A stretch of DNA of 64,000 nt from Pavona decussata (lineage: Eukaryota), in contig CDRNST010000119.1 of NCBI GenBank assembly GCA_977016875.1, positions 620,001 to 684,000 on the forward strand. The letters are read 5' to 3'. The notes beneath the pieces are model-generated. The model had not been told where the DNA came from, did no database searches, and worked only from the letters and a program-made list of their open reading frames with translations. A program made the translations under genes and the position numbers. Each line of letters starts with the position of its first letter. Position 1 is the stretch's first letter. Shown here in pieces: positions 1-10,635 of this stretch.

Positions 1-2131
1 ACTTTCCAGCAATTTCACATCTTGCTAAGTTTCAAACAAAGTACTCTGTTTCCTTTCTGGGCATGAAAACTGCCCTTTGATAGGGAAAAGTTAGAAGCAA
101 AACCTCCTCTACTCCTTTTTCGAAGCACGCGATTTATTGGTGGCTGGCTTTGCAGCTTTGTAATTTCATTTATCAAATTGACATTTCATCGTTTGCTTTG
201 CTGATTTGGCAAACAAGGTGTCTTTTTCACTAGCCAATTTTATCCTTCGCGTCAGAGCAGAGACTAGGATCCCAGGAGATTGGACAGCCTTCTTGAGGGT
301 TGAGGAGAACAGAGAAGAACTTTTCCCTTACCTGGCCGAGCAGCTTTTCCAAAATTGGAACTGACCATTGAGAAGTGGTATCCGACTAAACATGAGACAG
401 TAGTCTTTAACAATGACAAAACTGACACCACAGATCTATCACCCTACGTGCATGAAGAAGCCAACACAAGGCTCCTACTACGTGCCCCTGACGCTGCAAG
501 ACGTGGGTACACTAAAGTAATGGTGCGCACTGTCCATACAGATGTTGTAGTCATCGCAGTTGCAAAATATCCAATACATTTCCTTATCCGAGCTGTGGAT
601 TGAGTTTGGCAAACACCTGAAATATTTGCCAGCACACGACATATCCCAAAGTATTGGCGAAGAAACGTCACAAGCTCTCCTCGCATTTCACGCCTTCACA
701 GACTGTGATCAAACAACGTCTTTTGCCCACTATGGCAAAAAGACAGCATAAGGAGCGTGGGGTGCATGCGATGATGTGACGGCAGCTTTTCAAGCTCTTA
801 GCAATGCTCCAACGGTGGATGTTGTGGATGAAGTGATGCCTATTCTTGAGCGATACGTCACCATCATGTATGATTGTACCAGCACTTGCAAGAAAGTAAA
901 TGATGCGCGGAGGGACCTATTCACACGTGCACGTAAAGGGAGAGACATTGAAGCCATTCCCCCACCTCGGATGCCTTACGCCAACATATAAAGAGGTCCA
1001 CGTACCAGGCTGGCCACTGCTGGGGCAATTCCTTGGTGCCGTCTCCTCTGTTTCCGTGTCCAAGTGAATGGGGCTGGATGAAAAAGGCCAATGATATTTG
1101 GGGCCCTTGTTAATGACAATTCCCCAGGCATCTCAGAGCTGTCAGGAGCTACTGAAAGAGTGAAAGAGGTTGTGCAGGACGATGAAAAAGCGTTAAGGCT
1201 GAACTGCCGTGCACAGCACTGTGCAATTGCGCTGGACTGTGCGACCGAGAATGAACAGCAGAATGCCGGATGCAAATGAACAAATCTGCGTATCGCTTGC
1301 ATTATTAACAACATTCCTATGAATTTGTGTTAAGGTATTTTAAGTTCGTTTGACCTTTTTTAGGGCTTAATTTTTAAAGATTTTACTGTTTTGTAGTTTC
1401 TCTGTATGAACTTGGCCAAATAATTGAGCCAGGGTGAGATTTTCTCCAAAGCTAGGAATTATAACCCTATTTATCCACGTGGTTGGTCACATAATCACAC
1501 GAGAAGGCCAATAATGGCTCAGAACGCAAATTGGTAATTCATTTTCTGGTTATAGTTGTTAATTTCTTACGAAATATTGTCTCGCTTTGCCACTGGAAAT
1601 AAATAATTCACCCAGTCTCATTTCCATGTTAGAAGTCCTGTGGGCCACCTCAAACCCATTATAGTTACAACTATGGGATGGATTCCAAATGGGTTCATAG
1701 CATTTTCGAAGTTTCTATGTATGAACTTGACCAGATAACTAAGATGCAAATTGAGAGAGTCAGGGTAAGATATCACAATGTCCAATGCTTGGAGTTAAAA
1801 CGCGTATTTGGTCACGTGATTGGCCACGTGATCACACAAGAAGGCCAATAATGTCACAGAATGCATTTTATAATTAATGCTTTTGGTTTAACTTGCTAAT
1901 TTCTTCTGATACATTGTCTCACTTTGCTGGAAATAAATAAATAATTCACCCAGCCTCGTTTCCATGTAAGAAGTGTAGTGGGCCACCTTTACTCCGTTAT
2001 AATTACAATTATTGGGTAGATCCTCAGTGGGTCCATAGCTAATATTGTCCAGTAGGTAAATCTCTATCTTTGTGCAAAATTTGGTGCTTTTACCATAAAT
2101 CCCACAATTCTTGCACCAATCTGCCAGACTA
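1..2131 (+). mobile_element. Academ (AcademX-type) DNA transposon, decayed 3' part with right terminus
   Basis: Frameshifted fragments HEEANTRLL, VRTVHTDVVV, FHAFTDCDQTTSF (XPG/PIN-like nuclease) and a C-terminal Cys cluster (VKAELPCTALCNCAGLC, ~1190-1240). Ends ...GCCAGACTA at 2131 (Academ TAG..CTA termini). An imperfect ~310-bp subterminal duplication lies at ~1395-1700 and ~1710-2040. Confidence 0.75.
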
Positions 2132-3990
2132 GAAGTCCACTTGGCAAAGTTAATCATAGATATGCTGTTATACTCCCGCAAGAATCGGCGCCACCATACT
2201 AAGTCTTTCCGAAATTCTGCGGTTAGGGTAGCGTGATGATGATTATGCCGCAACTTGCCAAGTGAGCAAGAATTCGGGCGATAAAAACTCCACTTTGACT
2301 AATGCCCTTGGTGAATGGCACGGTGGCAAAAGCACCCGCAACTCTGCCGAGAGAAATTTCCTGTTGTAAATAGGCGGTAACTTGTGCCAGAAAGTGAAGT
2401 GCACCGCAATGAGTGCGAAGGTAAAAAAATTGGTAAAATCGGGGGCATGAAACCAACTGGCCAGCCAAACTCTAAAAAGTCGCAAACAACACGGTCCTTG
2501 TAATCCTAGAGTAGTTCGCACCATGTAGAAATATTCAATGCAGAGGGGACAGGAACCCTAGCGACTAAATAATTTGGCTCACCAGTTTGAGCCACCAAAT
2601 CATGAATATCCGGAGAAGAATAACAAACCACACGAGTCGAAAAAAAATTGGGAAAAACGCGACTGTAAACTAAAACTTGAACCGTAAACAGGCTCGATAC
2701 AATCAAGGGGGGTTGCTGCAGCATGAAAAAGGTCAGGGCAAGAAGATAAAATGTCATGTTCAACATCCTCTGAAAAACAAGGGACACTTTCATCCACAGA
2801 CTTAGCATGGTGGACGAAGGTGTTTGAAGTAGTTAGTTTTTTGTCTCAGAAGTTGCAGAGGTAAAGGTACACTCGGACGAACCAGCGTGATGTTGCTCTT
2901 GTTTTCTTGATTGTACCCAGCAGTCGGAGCAAATATGTCGAAGCCACTTTCCTTCGCCGCCAAGATAGCCATAATGGGCTTGATTAAAAGAACATTGCTG
3001 GCAATACAAGACTGGGGTCGAAGACGTTAAAGATCCTCCACTGGTAGACGATTTTGGCATCTTAAGATGGCCGTAGAGAGTACCGCTCTCTAAATGAAAT
3101 AAGGAACTGCCCCACTTGAGGAGGCCTCTCTCTATCTTCAGAAGAACAACCCTGTGAAAACTGAGTACGGCTTGCCACTCGTACTACTGGGCCAAATACA
3201 TGAGAGACACCAAATGCTTAAGCCGAGCGGAACGCTCGCGCTCCTCAATGTCGGGATTGGAGGATTTGTCCGTAACCAGCAACGAACTCCTCTAAAGTCA
3301 GGTCATCATATTTAATATCACGGCGAGCATTCGTGAAACTAAGAAAGCTATGTGGCCATAACTGGGGATAAAGGACGGTAGTCGTAATTTTTGACTTCTT
3401 CCTGGATTTTAAGGACTTACCACCGCCTGTTGACGCCTTGTTGTCTTTAGTGCAGACGTGCGTGGACGGCTCAACCTAGTTGTAGTCCGAGTCAGTATCG
3501 CTGGAATCTGCCAACCCGAGCTGAGCGACGTGTTGATCGGCTTGTTGCAACAAGTCTTGCATTGCGCGCAACTCCGGCAAAGTAACTCCAGAAGCCGTCG
3601 CCCCGCCAGTGCTTGTAGATGGGACCGGAACTTCCTTTATTGGCGACTGGTTAGTGAGGAGGGCACCCAGTTGCTGATTGTCAGCCTGGACGTCCTTTAG
3701 GCCAGTGGGAAGCGATTTAACCGCCCCTAACAAAAAAGTGAGAGTGGCCTCTATAGATTCTTGTGGTTCATCGGCAACTGGAATGGACTGCGAAGGAGGG
3801 GCGGTGTCTTCTTCAATAGCAGAGACATCAGGAGTTTGTTCTGGTCTAGTGCAACTCTTTCCCGACTTTCCAAATGTATGCTCTCTAAGAGTGGTGTCTT
3901 GACACCAGTACAACGACGAGTTCTAGCCATAATTAACAGAGAAAACTTCCATGAGAGAAAGACTGCACGAAGTAGAAAAACAATTTGACC
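2132..3990 (-). mobile_element. DIRS/Ngaro-like tyrosine-recombinase retrotransposon remnant (gag-like region, RT start, RNase H fragment; internally deleted)
   Basis: Gag-like YPQLWPHSFLSF..YDDLTLEEFVAG (~3260-3380), RT N-terminus ARVPVPSALNI..W..LL...DFLEFGWP (~2450-2570), and an RNase H-proximal EFRKDLVWWRRFL (~2180-2220). Many frameshifts. Confidence 0.7.
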
Positions 3991-4349
3991 ACTTCCAAGT
4001 GATAGAAAAACGCAATACAGGATACCAACAATATATAAAGCAGTAACGCATATGAATAGAGGGTGTGTTATGTGGGGTTTCAATTAATCCCTTTGAGCGG
4101 AAGCCCCCAAACAAAAACAATTACATACAAAATGCATTCTTGCAAAGTATATATCGATTAACCTATAATTCAGGAATAAACGAGGAGCACAAATAACAGC
4201 GGCAAGAGTTAACAAGCCAAAAAATAGGCCAAACAAAACACCAAAAAAATTTCTCACCTTCCTTACACACATGGTTCACTTTTGAGACTGCTGTTGACTC
4301 ATTTCGGAGTGATTGCAGAATACCTGGCCCACTAAAGATCTTACTTTTG

Positions 4350-4680
4350 TAAAAGGAGTGCCCCCGCAGTCCCAGAGTCGATGGATGCTTAAATCTAAGT
4401 GAGTAAAACGTGTGCTCCTGCAGTCCCGCAGTCACAGAGTTGATGGGTACTTAAATCTAAGTGAGTGAAAAGAGTGTTCCTGCAGTCCCAGAGTGGATTG
4501 ATACCTACATCCAAGTAAAACGAGCGCTTCTGCAGTCCTGCAGTCCCAGAGTCCATGAATATTTAAATGAGTGAGTAAAACTAGTGCATCCGCAGTCCCA
4601 GAGTCGATGGATACTTAAATCTAAGTGAGTAAAACGAGTGCACCCCCAGTCCCACAGTCCCAGAGTTGATGAATATTGAA
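4350..4680. repeat. Subterminal ~55-65-bp tandem repeats of the Merlin element
   Basis: About 6 copies of (G)CAGTCCCAGAGTCGATGGATACTTAAAT. Inverted GGGACTRC motifs recur near the other end at 8819-8905. Confidence 0.8.
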
Positions 4681-4967
4681 ATGTATGAAATGGTTTATTC
4701 GCTTGAAGTGCACAGAAGCATATTTTCTTCGATGTCAAAAATATTTTAAGGGTCGATATACATATAGCATACGTAAATTATGGTAATGAAAATACGAAAT
4801 GGTTGAATAATGGGAAATTGTAAATTGAAGAAAAAAAACATGTAACCGTTTCAATACAATAATCCTTTTGAATTATGATAACTTGAAAAATGGAATAAAA
4901 TGACTGCGTGTTCTTTTTGTCTCAATTACGCTCATTCATGAAGGTTTGTTGTCTACGTAACAAAAGT

Positions 4968-6770
4968 CTATGATGTAATATAATTATTGTTTAGGAGAAA
5001 AGCTCGCATAGCTGGAGTAATGTCACCATGAATAGGCTTTGACAAAGCATTGTGAAATTCAGTATCACTGATCGATGTGCTGTTTGGCCAAGGATCTGGC
5101 ATTGATTTAACAAAAACCTTACATATTCCTCACGCTCTTGGAGTGCTGAATTCAACTATTCGCCCGAATCCATCTTGTTCTAAAGATGATGTGGCTCTCA
5201 AATATTCAGGTTCAGTGATGGCTTTAGCAGACCTTTTACCATGTTTAAAACATCGGTAATTGACGACAGGTCCCTGCAATAGGAGAATCTGATCTTTGAT
5301 GCTTTGAAGTGTAGGTTGTTCAATCATTTCGTCGCAGGTGGCATTTGTAATCTCCTTCAAGAACTGAAATTAAAGAGAGAATAACGTACGAATAAGGTAA
5401 ATTTAATGAAAATTTGATGCAGCAACAAGTCACTCTACGTTTTCGATACACGAAAAGAACAAGTAATATAAATGTACTGGGGCATTTTTTGCCAAAAAGG
5501 CTTTAAGAACGAGGAATTTCCATGTATTGCATTAAAGTGTAACATGACTCGCGTTTAGAACGAGGAATGTCTATATCTTTCTTGCAACAACTTGTGGTCG
5601 TAATCTATCCCAAAATCAATAAAAGCTTACTTCACATAGAATGCCCTTCTGACTTCCAGGTGGTGAACAAATTCCGTCGCACTCTCCAGCGTAGATTTTG
5701 ACATTTCTCTTGGTGGGGAAGAGGCTGGAACACTGGCAAGTAGTTCTGCCTTGGTGTGGTTCAAGACATGTAGTGCTGCAGCAACTCTCGGAATCAGCTC
5801 CGGCATTTTTGATTTTGGAGGAACTTTTCCGTTTATGATGGCATCGTTCACCTTCGCAAGAAACGATCGATGTTGTCCCTAAGGAGTTGTTGTACATCTT
5901 CTGTGAAGGTAAAGTGAAGCTGATGGCCACTGTCATAGATTTTCGCATAAAAAAAGGAAAGTCCTCTACAACTTCAGTATACAGGTGTAGGATGCACTCT
6001 CCACTTCGGTCAGGGTGGGTCTGAATGCTAGTGGAATGGCAAATAGAAATCTGTCTACCAATCCATGTCCATGGTCCATTTTGGCAATTAGTTCTGCGAC
6101 GTTCAGTATTTGGGTGGAATCCAAGATGCTGAATAGTGTGTTGCCTGGTATAACTCTCATGTTTTCTGTCGAGTAATGATAGAGCATTGTTCGCCGGAGA
6201 ACAACTTGCATAATAGCTGAACATCCCCAGTTGCGTTGTCCTCATCCCACTTCATCAGCCTGATCAGCCTGTTTAGAATGTCAAAGACTTCAGGAGAGAG
6301 TATCCTTCCTTTGTGTTGGTTCCCCATCAGTTTCACCAATCCTGAAGACGTAGTCTTGCTGATAACAGAATAAGACAACTCTAAATGTTCCAAGGGGTCT
6401 AGAGCGGAATGTTGAATCGTGGAAGATTTCTCTGAAACGATAATTAAAAAAAATGGAGGTATTAATAACAAAACTCTATATAACAATTTTGAGCAAAGTC
6501 AATCAGACTCAAGACGTTAGCAAAGTGGCATATCGCATATTAAGGGGAGGGCTGACCTAAGACGTTTGCCAACTGGATGAGGGAAACAACCGCAATTCTA
6601 GAGAGGAAATGAGTAAACACAAGATAAATTCACCTGTTCCAGGGTATCCAACAAAGATTGTGAAAATATTAAGTGGCTGGTTGTGTTTCAAGGTGTGAGA
6701 ATATAACTTTATAAATGGTGAGATGTGAGTGTAAGAATGGTTTTGATATGTAACTTCAGGGAGTAGTATT
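4968..6770 (-). pseudogene. Intron-containing DUF3987/YfjI-like P-loop NTPase gene (frameshifted)
   Basis: The Walker A NIFTIFVGYPGT-E-KS is split by a GT-AG intron (~6634-6433). Further motifs: LSPEVFDIL, LLCKLFSGE, STQ, GLVDRFLFAIP. A second intron lies at ~5629-5366. Stop codon at 4968-4970. Confidence 0.65.
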
Positions 6771-7458
6771 CAATGGTAAATAAAGGTTACTTAACTCAAT
6801 AATTTTCCTCCTGTGTGTTTGAAGTTGTGACCTGTTTAAAAAACTTTCTTTTGTTTTGTGCTGTGAGACGGAGTGTTCTTTGTTCAAAGGAGATTAAATA
6901 GTTAGCTGAGTAATTTAATGAATTGGTTTGAATAAACGTATGGAAAGGTATGGGGTTAAAAACAATGTAAATAGTACTTCAAATTTCGAAAAAGAAAGAT
7001 ATTTGTGATTAATATTAGTCTAAAAGCGTCTGGTATAATAGGTAACATAAATTATCTGACAGGCTGAAAACGACTTTGCCTCGATAACCACAGTAAATTG
7101 TCATTTACTTGCTTATCTAGCGACTATTTAAAATAACTAAGTGCGAAATTGTGATCAATTGATATGCCGATATTGTTTCAATAGCGGCAATGGTAAAAGA
7201 CTTACAAGCGTCTTCGGCTAAAATTATTTCAGTACCGCCATTCAGTCCAGATTATCTGTAGTTTCGTAGTTTGGAGCAAAAAAAATTAATGAAAAGGGGA
7301 CACAAGTTTCTATGGGAATGAAAAAATCACGTCAAACCAGCACTGGCACACAAACTCCAGCTGAAGCCCTGAAAAAAGACCAGGGTACGCAGTGTGGAAG
7401 GGCAAAGGGCAGTTATGTGCAAGATGAGTAAAAGCAGAGAAAATGGCGATACAATGAC

Positions 7459-8150
7459 ATGATTGCTTTGCTCAGTGATGAACACAGACTTATTCAGTTG
7501 CTGATGGGGGAAGGTTTGCTTGCCAAGTCTCGTGTGTGTTCTGTTTGTGGAGACGACATGAAACTTGTAAATTGCGATAACCGTTCTGATGGTTTTAAAT
7601 GGGAATGTAGGAAATGGGTTAATAGCAAAAGGCACAAGGTGGAGATGTCAATAAGGGCAGGAAGCTGAGTTGAGCAGAGCAAGATGACGCTGGAGGAGAT
7701 CCTTAAAATACGCGTATTGGTGGTGCCAGGATTTGGATCAAGTGCAAATAAGACACGAACTTGGACTGGCAACACACACGGGCGTCGATTGGGACAGTTT
7801 TTGTTGGGGATCCAGAGTGAGAAGGAAATCTTTTTCGCGGTGGACAAGAGAGATAAATGATATTGCTGATCCTCCAAAAGTGGATTAAACCTGGAACTAC
7901 CATAATTTCAAATTGTTGGAAAGCCTACAGCAATTTAGAAAAATATGGCTATACACATTAAACTGTGAACCATTCAGAGGAATTTGTGAACAGATGGTGA
8001 GAGTACAAACAAAATGGAGGGACACTGGCGACACGCTAAAGTTAAAATGCCTCCCTTTGCGGTGAGAAAACCCCACTTTTCATCATATTTAGCAGAGTTC
8101 ATGTGGTGCTACAGGAACAGGGAAAATGACTTGAAATGTTTATACGAGAT
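7459..8150 (+). pseudogene. Merlin/ISXO2-like (IS1595 family) transposase, decayed and internally deleted
   Basis: N-terminal Zn ribbon CSVC...WECRK...SIRAGS, then WIKPGTTIISNCWKAY, TVNHSEEFV, TNKMEGHWRHAK and SYLAEFMW. Confidence 0.85.
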
Positions 8151-8957
8151 GTAAAGAAAATTTATGCACCAAATGAAAATTATGTTAATGAAGCGGCTTA
8201 CCGACATCACAGTGTAGCCACTTCCTTTTTAAGCTTACTCTATTTTCAGGCATAAAGAACAAGAAATACACATTTCAAAAGTAAATCTAGGCTTCATGGC
8301 TATGTATCTAAGTGCAAATTAACTCGGGTTTGGGAGGCATAACTTCGGGTGACTTGACTAGTTACCATGAGAGAACTCAATGTTCACTATTTGGTCAGAG
8401 GTTTCATCCATATGTTCGATAGGGGATTGGGTCAGAAATAAACATGGTGGACAGATTTTTGACAACGTGAAGCGCTTGACAGATTCTATGGAATCTTTTA
8501 TGATCTAGAAAGAGTAGCCTATGTTATTCTATTTTGGACAGGATAAGCGGTTTGTTGGAGTAAGTATGTAAGCTTAGATTTGCAATGCAGTGATTACTCT
8601 GTACTTAAAATTAGGAATATTTCACATAAGATATGAAAGTTGGTGTTTAAGCCATATTTAATATTTGTTAAAGTTCAGGGAAGCTGAAGTTGTTGTTTAA
8701 TCCGTATTTAATCTTATTAAAATTCATGGAAACTGAATTTTAAAACAATTCATCAACATAATTCTTATCGTTGAGGGATGGATCCGGTGGGTTTAGCAAC
8801 AGAGTTGTTATAATCATTGGGACTACGGAACTGTGGGAGCAACATTAGAACGCCACTGCCAGACTACGGGACTGCATGAGCAGCATTAAAGAACATGACT
8901 GCGGGAGCAGTTTTTTAAGTTAGATATTTGGTGCGATGAGTATTCTGCAATCTAGCC

Positions 8958-9600
8958 CACATTTCTCAGACTGATCAGTCTATATCCCTCATTTTGCTCT
9001 TCTTCAGGAGAAATTTTATCGTCAGAGCTGTGCTTCACGGAATATCTCATTTTCTTCCTTGAGGGTCCAATAGGTTGTTCAGATTCCGAGTCAGACGACT
9101 TATTTGTGTCCCGAAGAAAGTCCTGGCATTTAACTACAGGAGGCAAATTCATCATCTGGCGCGGGGGTAGATTCTTAAGGTTTTTTCTGTATATCTTTGC
9201 TAACCAGAAAACAGCTTTCCTTATCCTTTTTCGTATACACAGATATACTTTTCTTTCTGGTCATTTGGATAAATTTTACGTTGATATTTAGCTTCAAAAA
9301 GTGTGAACATTGAGTGAGTATTCGAACTGAATCCACTTGGGATCACTATGCCATAATAAACGTTTCTTTAATTAACTGCTTCAAGTAAGAGTAGATGTAC
9401 TGTCCTAAGTAACATGTCGCTCATTTCAGCGGAGTTGGCCTTGAATGAAGGGTTAGGAATAGCCGTAGACAAAAAATGCGGTATCCATTGCTATGGCAAC
9501 CACTCCCATTAACAAGGGCGGGAATTTTGAAATCACTTGCAAAGGGCTAAAAAATTGAGAAGAGCCAAAAAATACTTCTAAAAGGTATTCTTGAATAACT
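8958..9600 (-). mobile_element. 5' end of a Kolobok/Mutator-like transposon; its ORF continues at ~4255-4305 across the Merlin insertion
   Basis: Basic N-terminus followed by GYRLISLRN..STAVSKVNHVCKEG and a GT donor. GTTGCCATAGCAA subterminal motif. TTAA near 9600. Confidence 0.5.
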
Positions 9601-10119
9601 TAAGATTCACATTCTAGTAAAAACAAAAATTCGAATTTTTCAGTGAATTTTTGGTTAACCCCCGCAATGGCATCACTGAGGTTATGCTTTAACTTTGCTT
9701 CATTAATGTTGCTGCTTTGCAATTTCAAACAAGAGGCATTCAAGGTAGATGGTAAATTAGAATGGGCGATGGCAATACACCCATTTTGGAGCTCCACTCA
9801 GTTTTTTTTACTTGTACCACTGTCACGTGTGATAAGAATGAGAACTTGAGAGGCTTTGTTAAGGTGGTAGCATGTCCACCAAAACTGGACTTCCTTGTGA
9901 GTGGGGCCCTTGTCATGACCACCACCAACACGCACACAAACTCCCGTCTTTCGCTCTCCAGTGAGGCAGTTGAAAAAAGCTGGTTGTACATTAGGATAGG
10001 TCTCAATTTCATTTAAAATCGTGGAAATGTGTGCAGGATTTTTGCTGTGCAGTGGTACGGCTTTAACAATGCCAGAACAAATTTCAGTGAAGAGATCTGA
10101 ACCTCCTGAAATCATGTTT

Positions 10120-10501
10120 TAAAGCTTTGCATAACGCTGAGACCTGGCCAGATTATCTTAAAATAATAAAACAGGAATGCCCCAAGGAACTGCGCCCAAG
10201 CAATTCAATTAGATTAGTGGTCCCGACCGAAAATGGCACTCTCCAAGATAATGCGTCGAATTTATTTAACAATCTACCAGAAACTATTAGAAGCTGTAAA
10301 GATTACAGAACCTTTTTAAGACTCTCTAGGAATTTTTTAAGAAACAGAGTACAAAGCCGTTAGTTAGTGTTACTGTAATTGTTTTCCGTCAATCCTGTTT
10401 TCTGCTGTATAAATTGTAAATAACTTAATTTAATTTAATTTGATTTATTTCGTAATTATAATTATTGTAATTATTGTAATTTAACAGGGAGGAGCCACCC
10501 A
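10120..10501 (+). mobile_element. 3' end of a CR1/L2-like LINE
   Basis: ORF2 C-terminus ..LFNNLPETIRS..F...NFL followed by an AT-rich 3' UTR. Confidence 0.6.
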
Positions 10502-10635
10502 NNNNNNNNNNNNNNNNNNNNNNNNNNNNNNNNNNNNNNNNNNNNNNNNNNNNNNNNNNNNNNNNNNNNNNNNNNNNNNNNNNNNNNNNNNNNNNNNNNN
10601 NNNNNNNNNNNNNNNNNNNNNNNNNNNNNNNNNNN
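10502..10635. other. Assembly gap (N-run)
   Basis: Run of N. Confidence 0.99.

Larger units (their letters stand above)
4306..8957. mobile_element. Merlin (IS1595-like) DNA transposon carrying a second gene
   Basis: Imperfect ~65-bp TIRs starting GG (GGAGTGATTGCAGAATAC / GTATTCTGCAATCTAGCC). The 8-bp TSD matches 7 of 8 bases (CTCATTTC 4298-4305; CACATTTC 8958-8965). Removing the element restores the flanking ORF GYRLISLRNVSTAVSKVNHVCKEG. Confidence 0.8.

Noticed and set aside
4350-4680. Possible CRISPR or iteron array
   Set aside because: Degenerate tandem units without unique spacers, explained as subterminal repeats of the Merlin element.
4968-8150. Bacterial contamination (IS1595 plus DUF3987)
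   Set aside because: The P-loop gene has GT-AG introns, and the unit is inserted with a TSD into a eukaryotic transposon gene.
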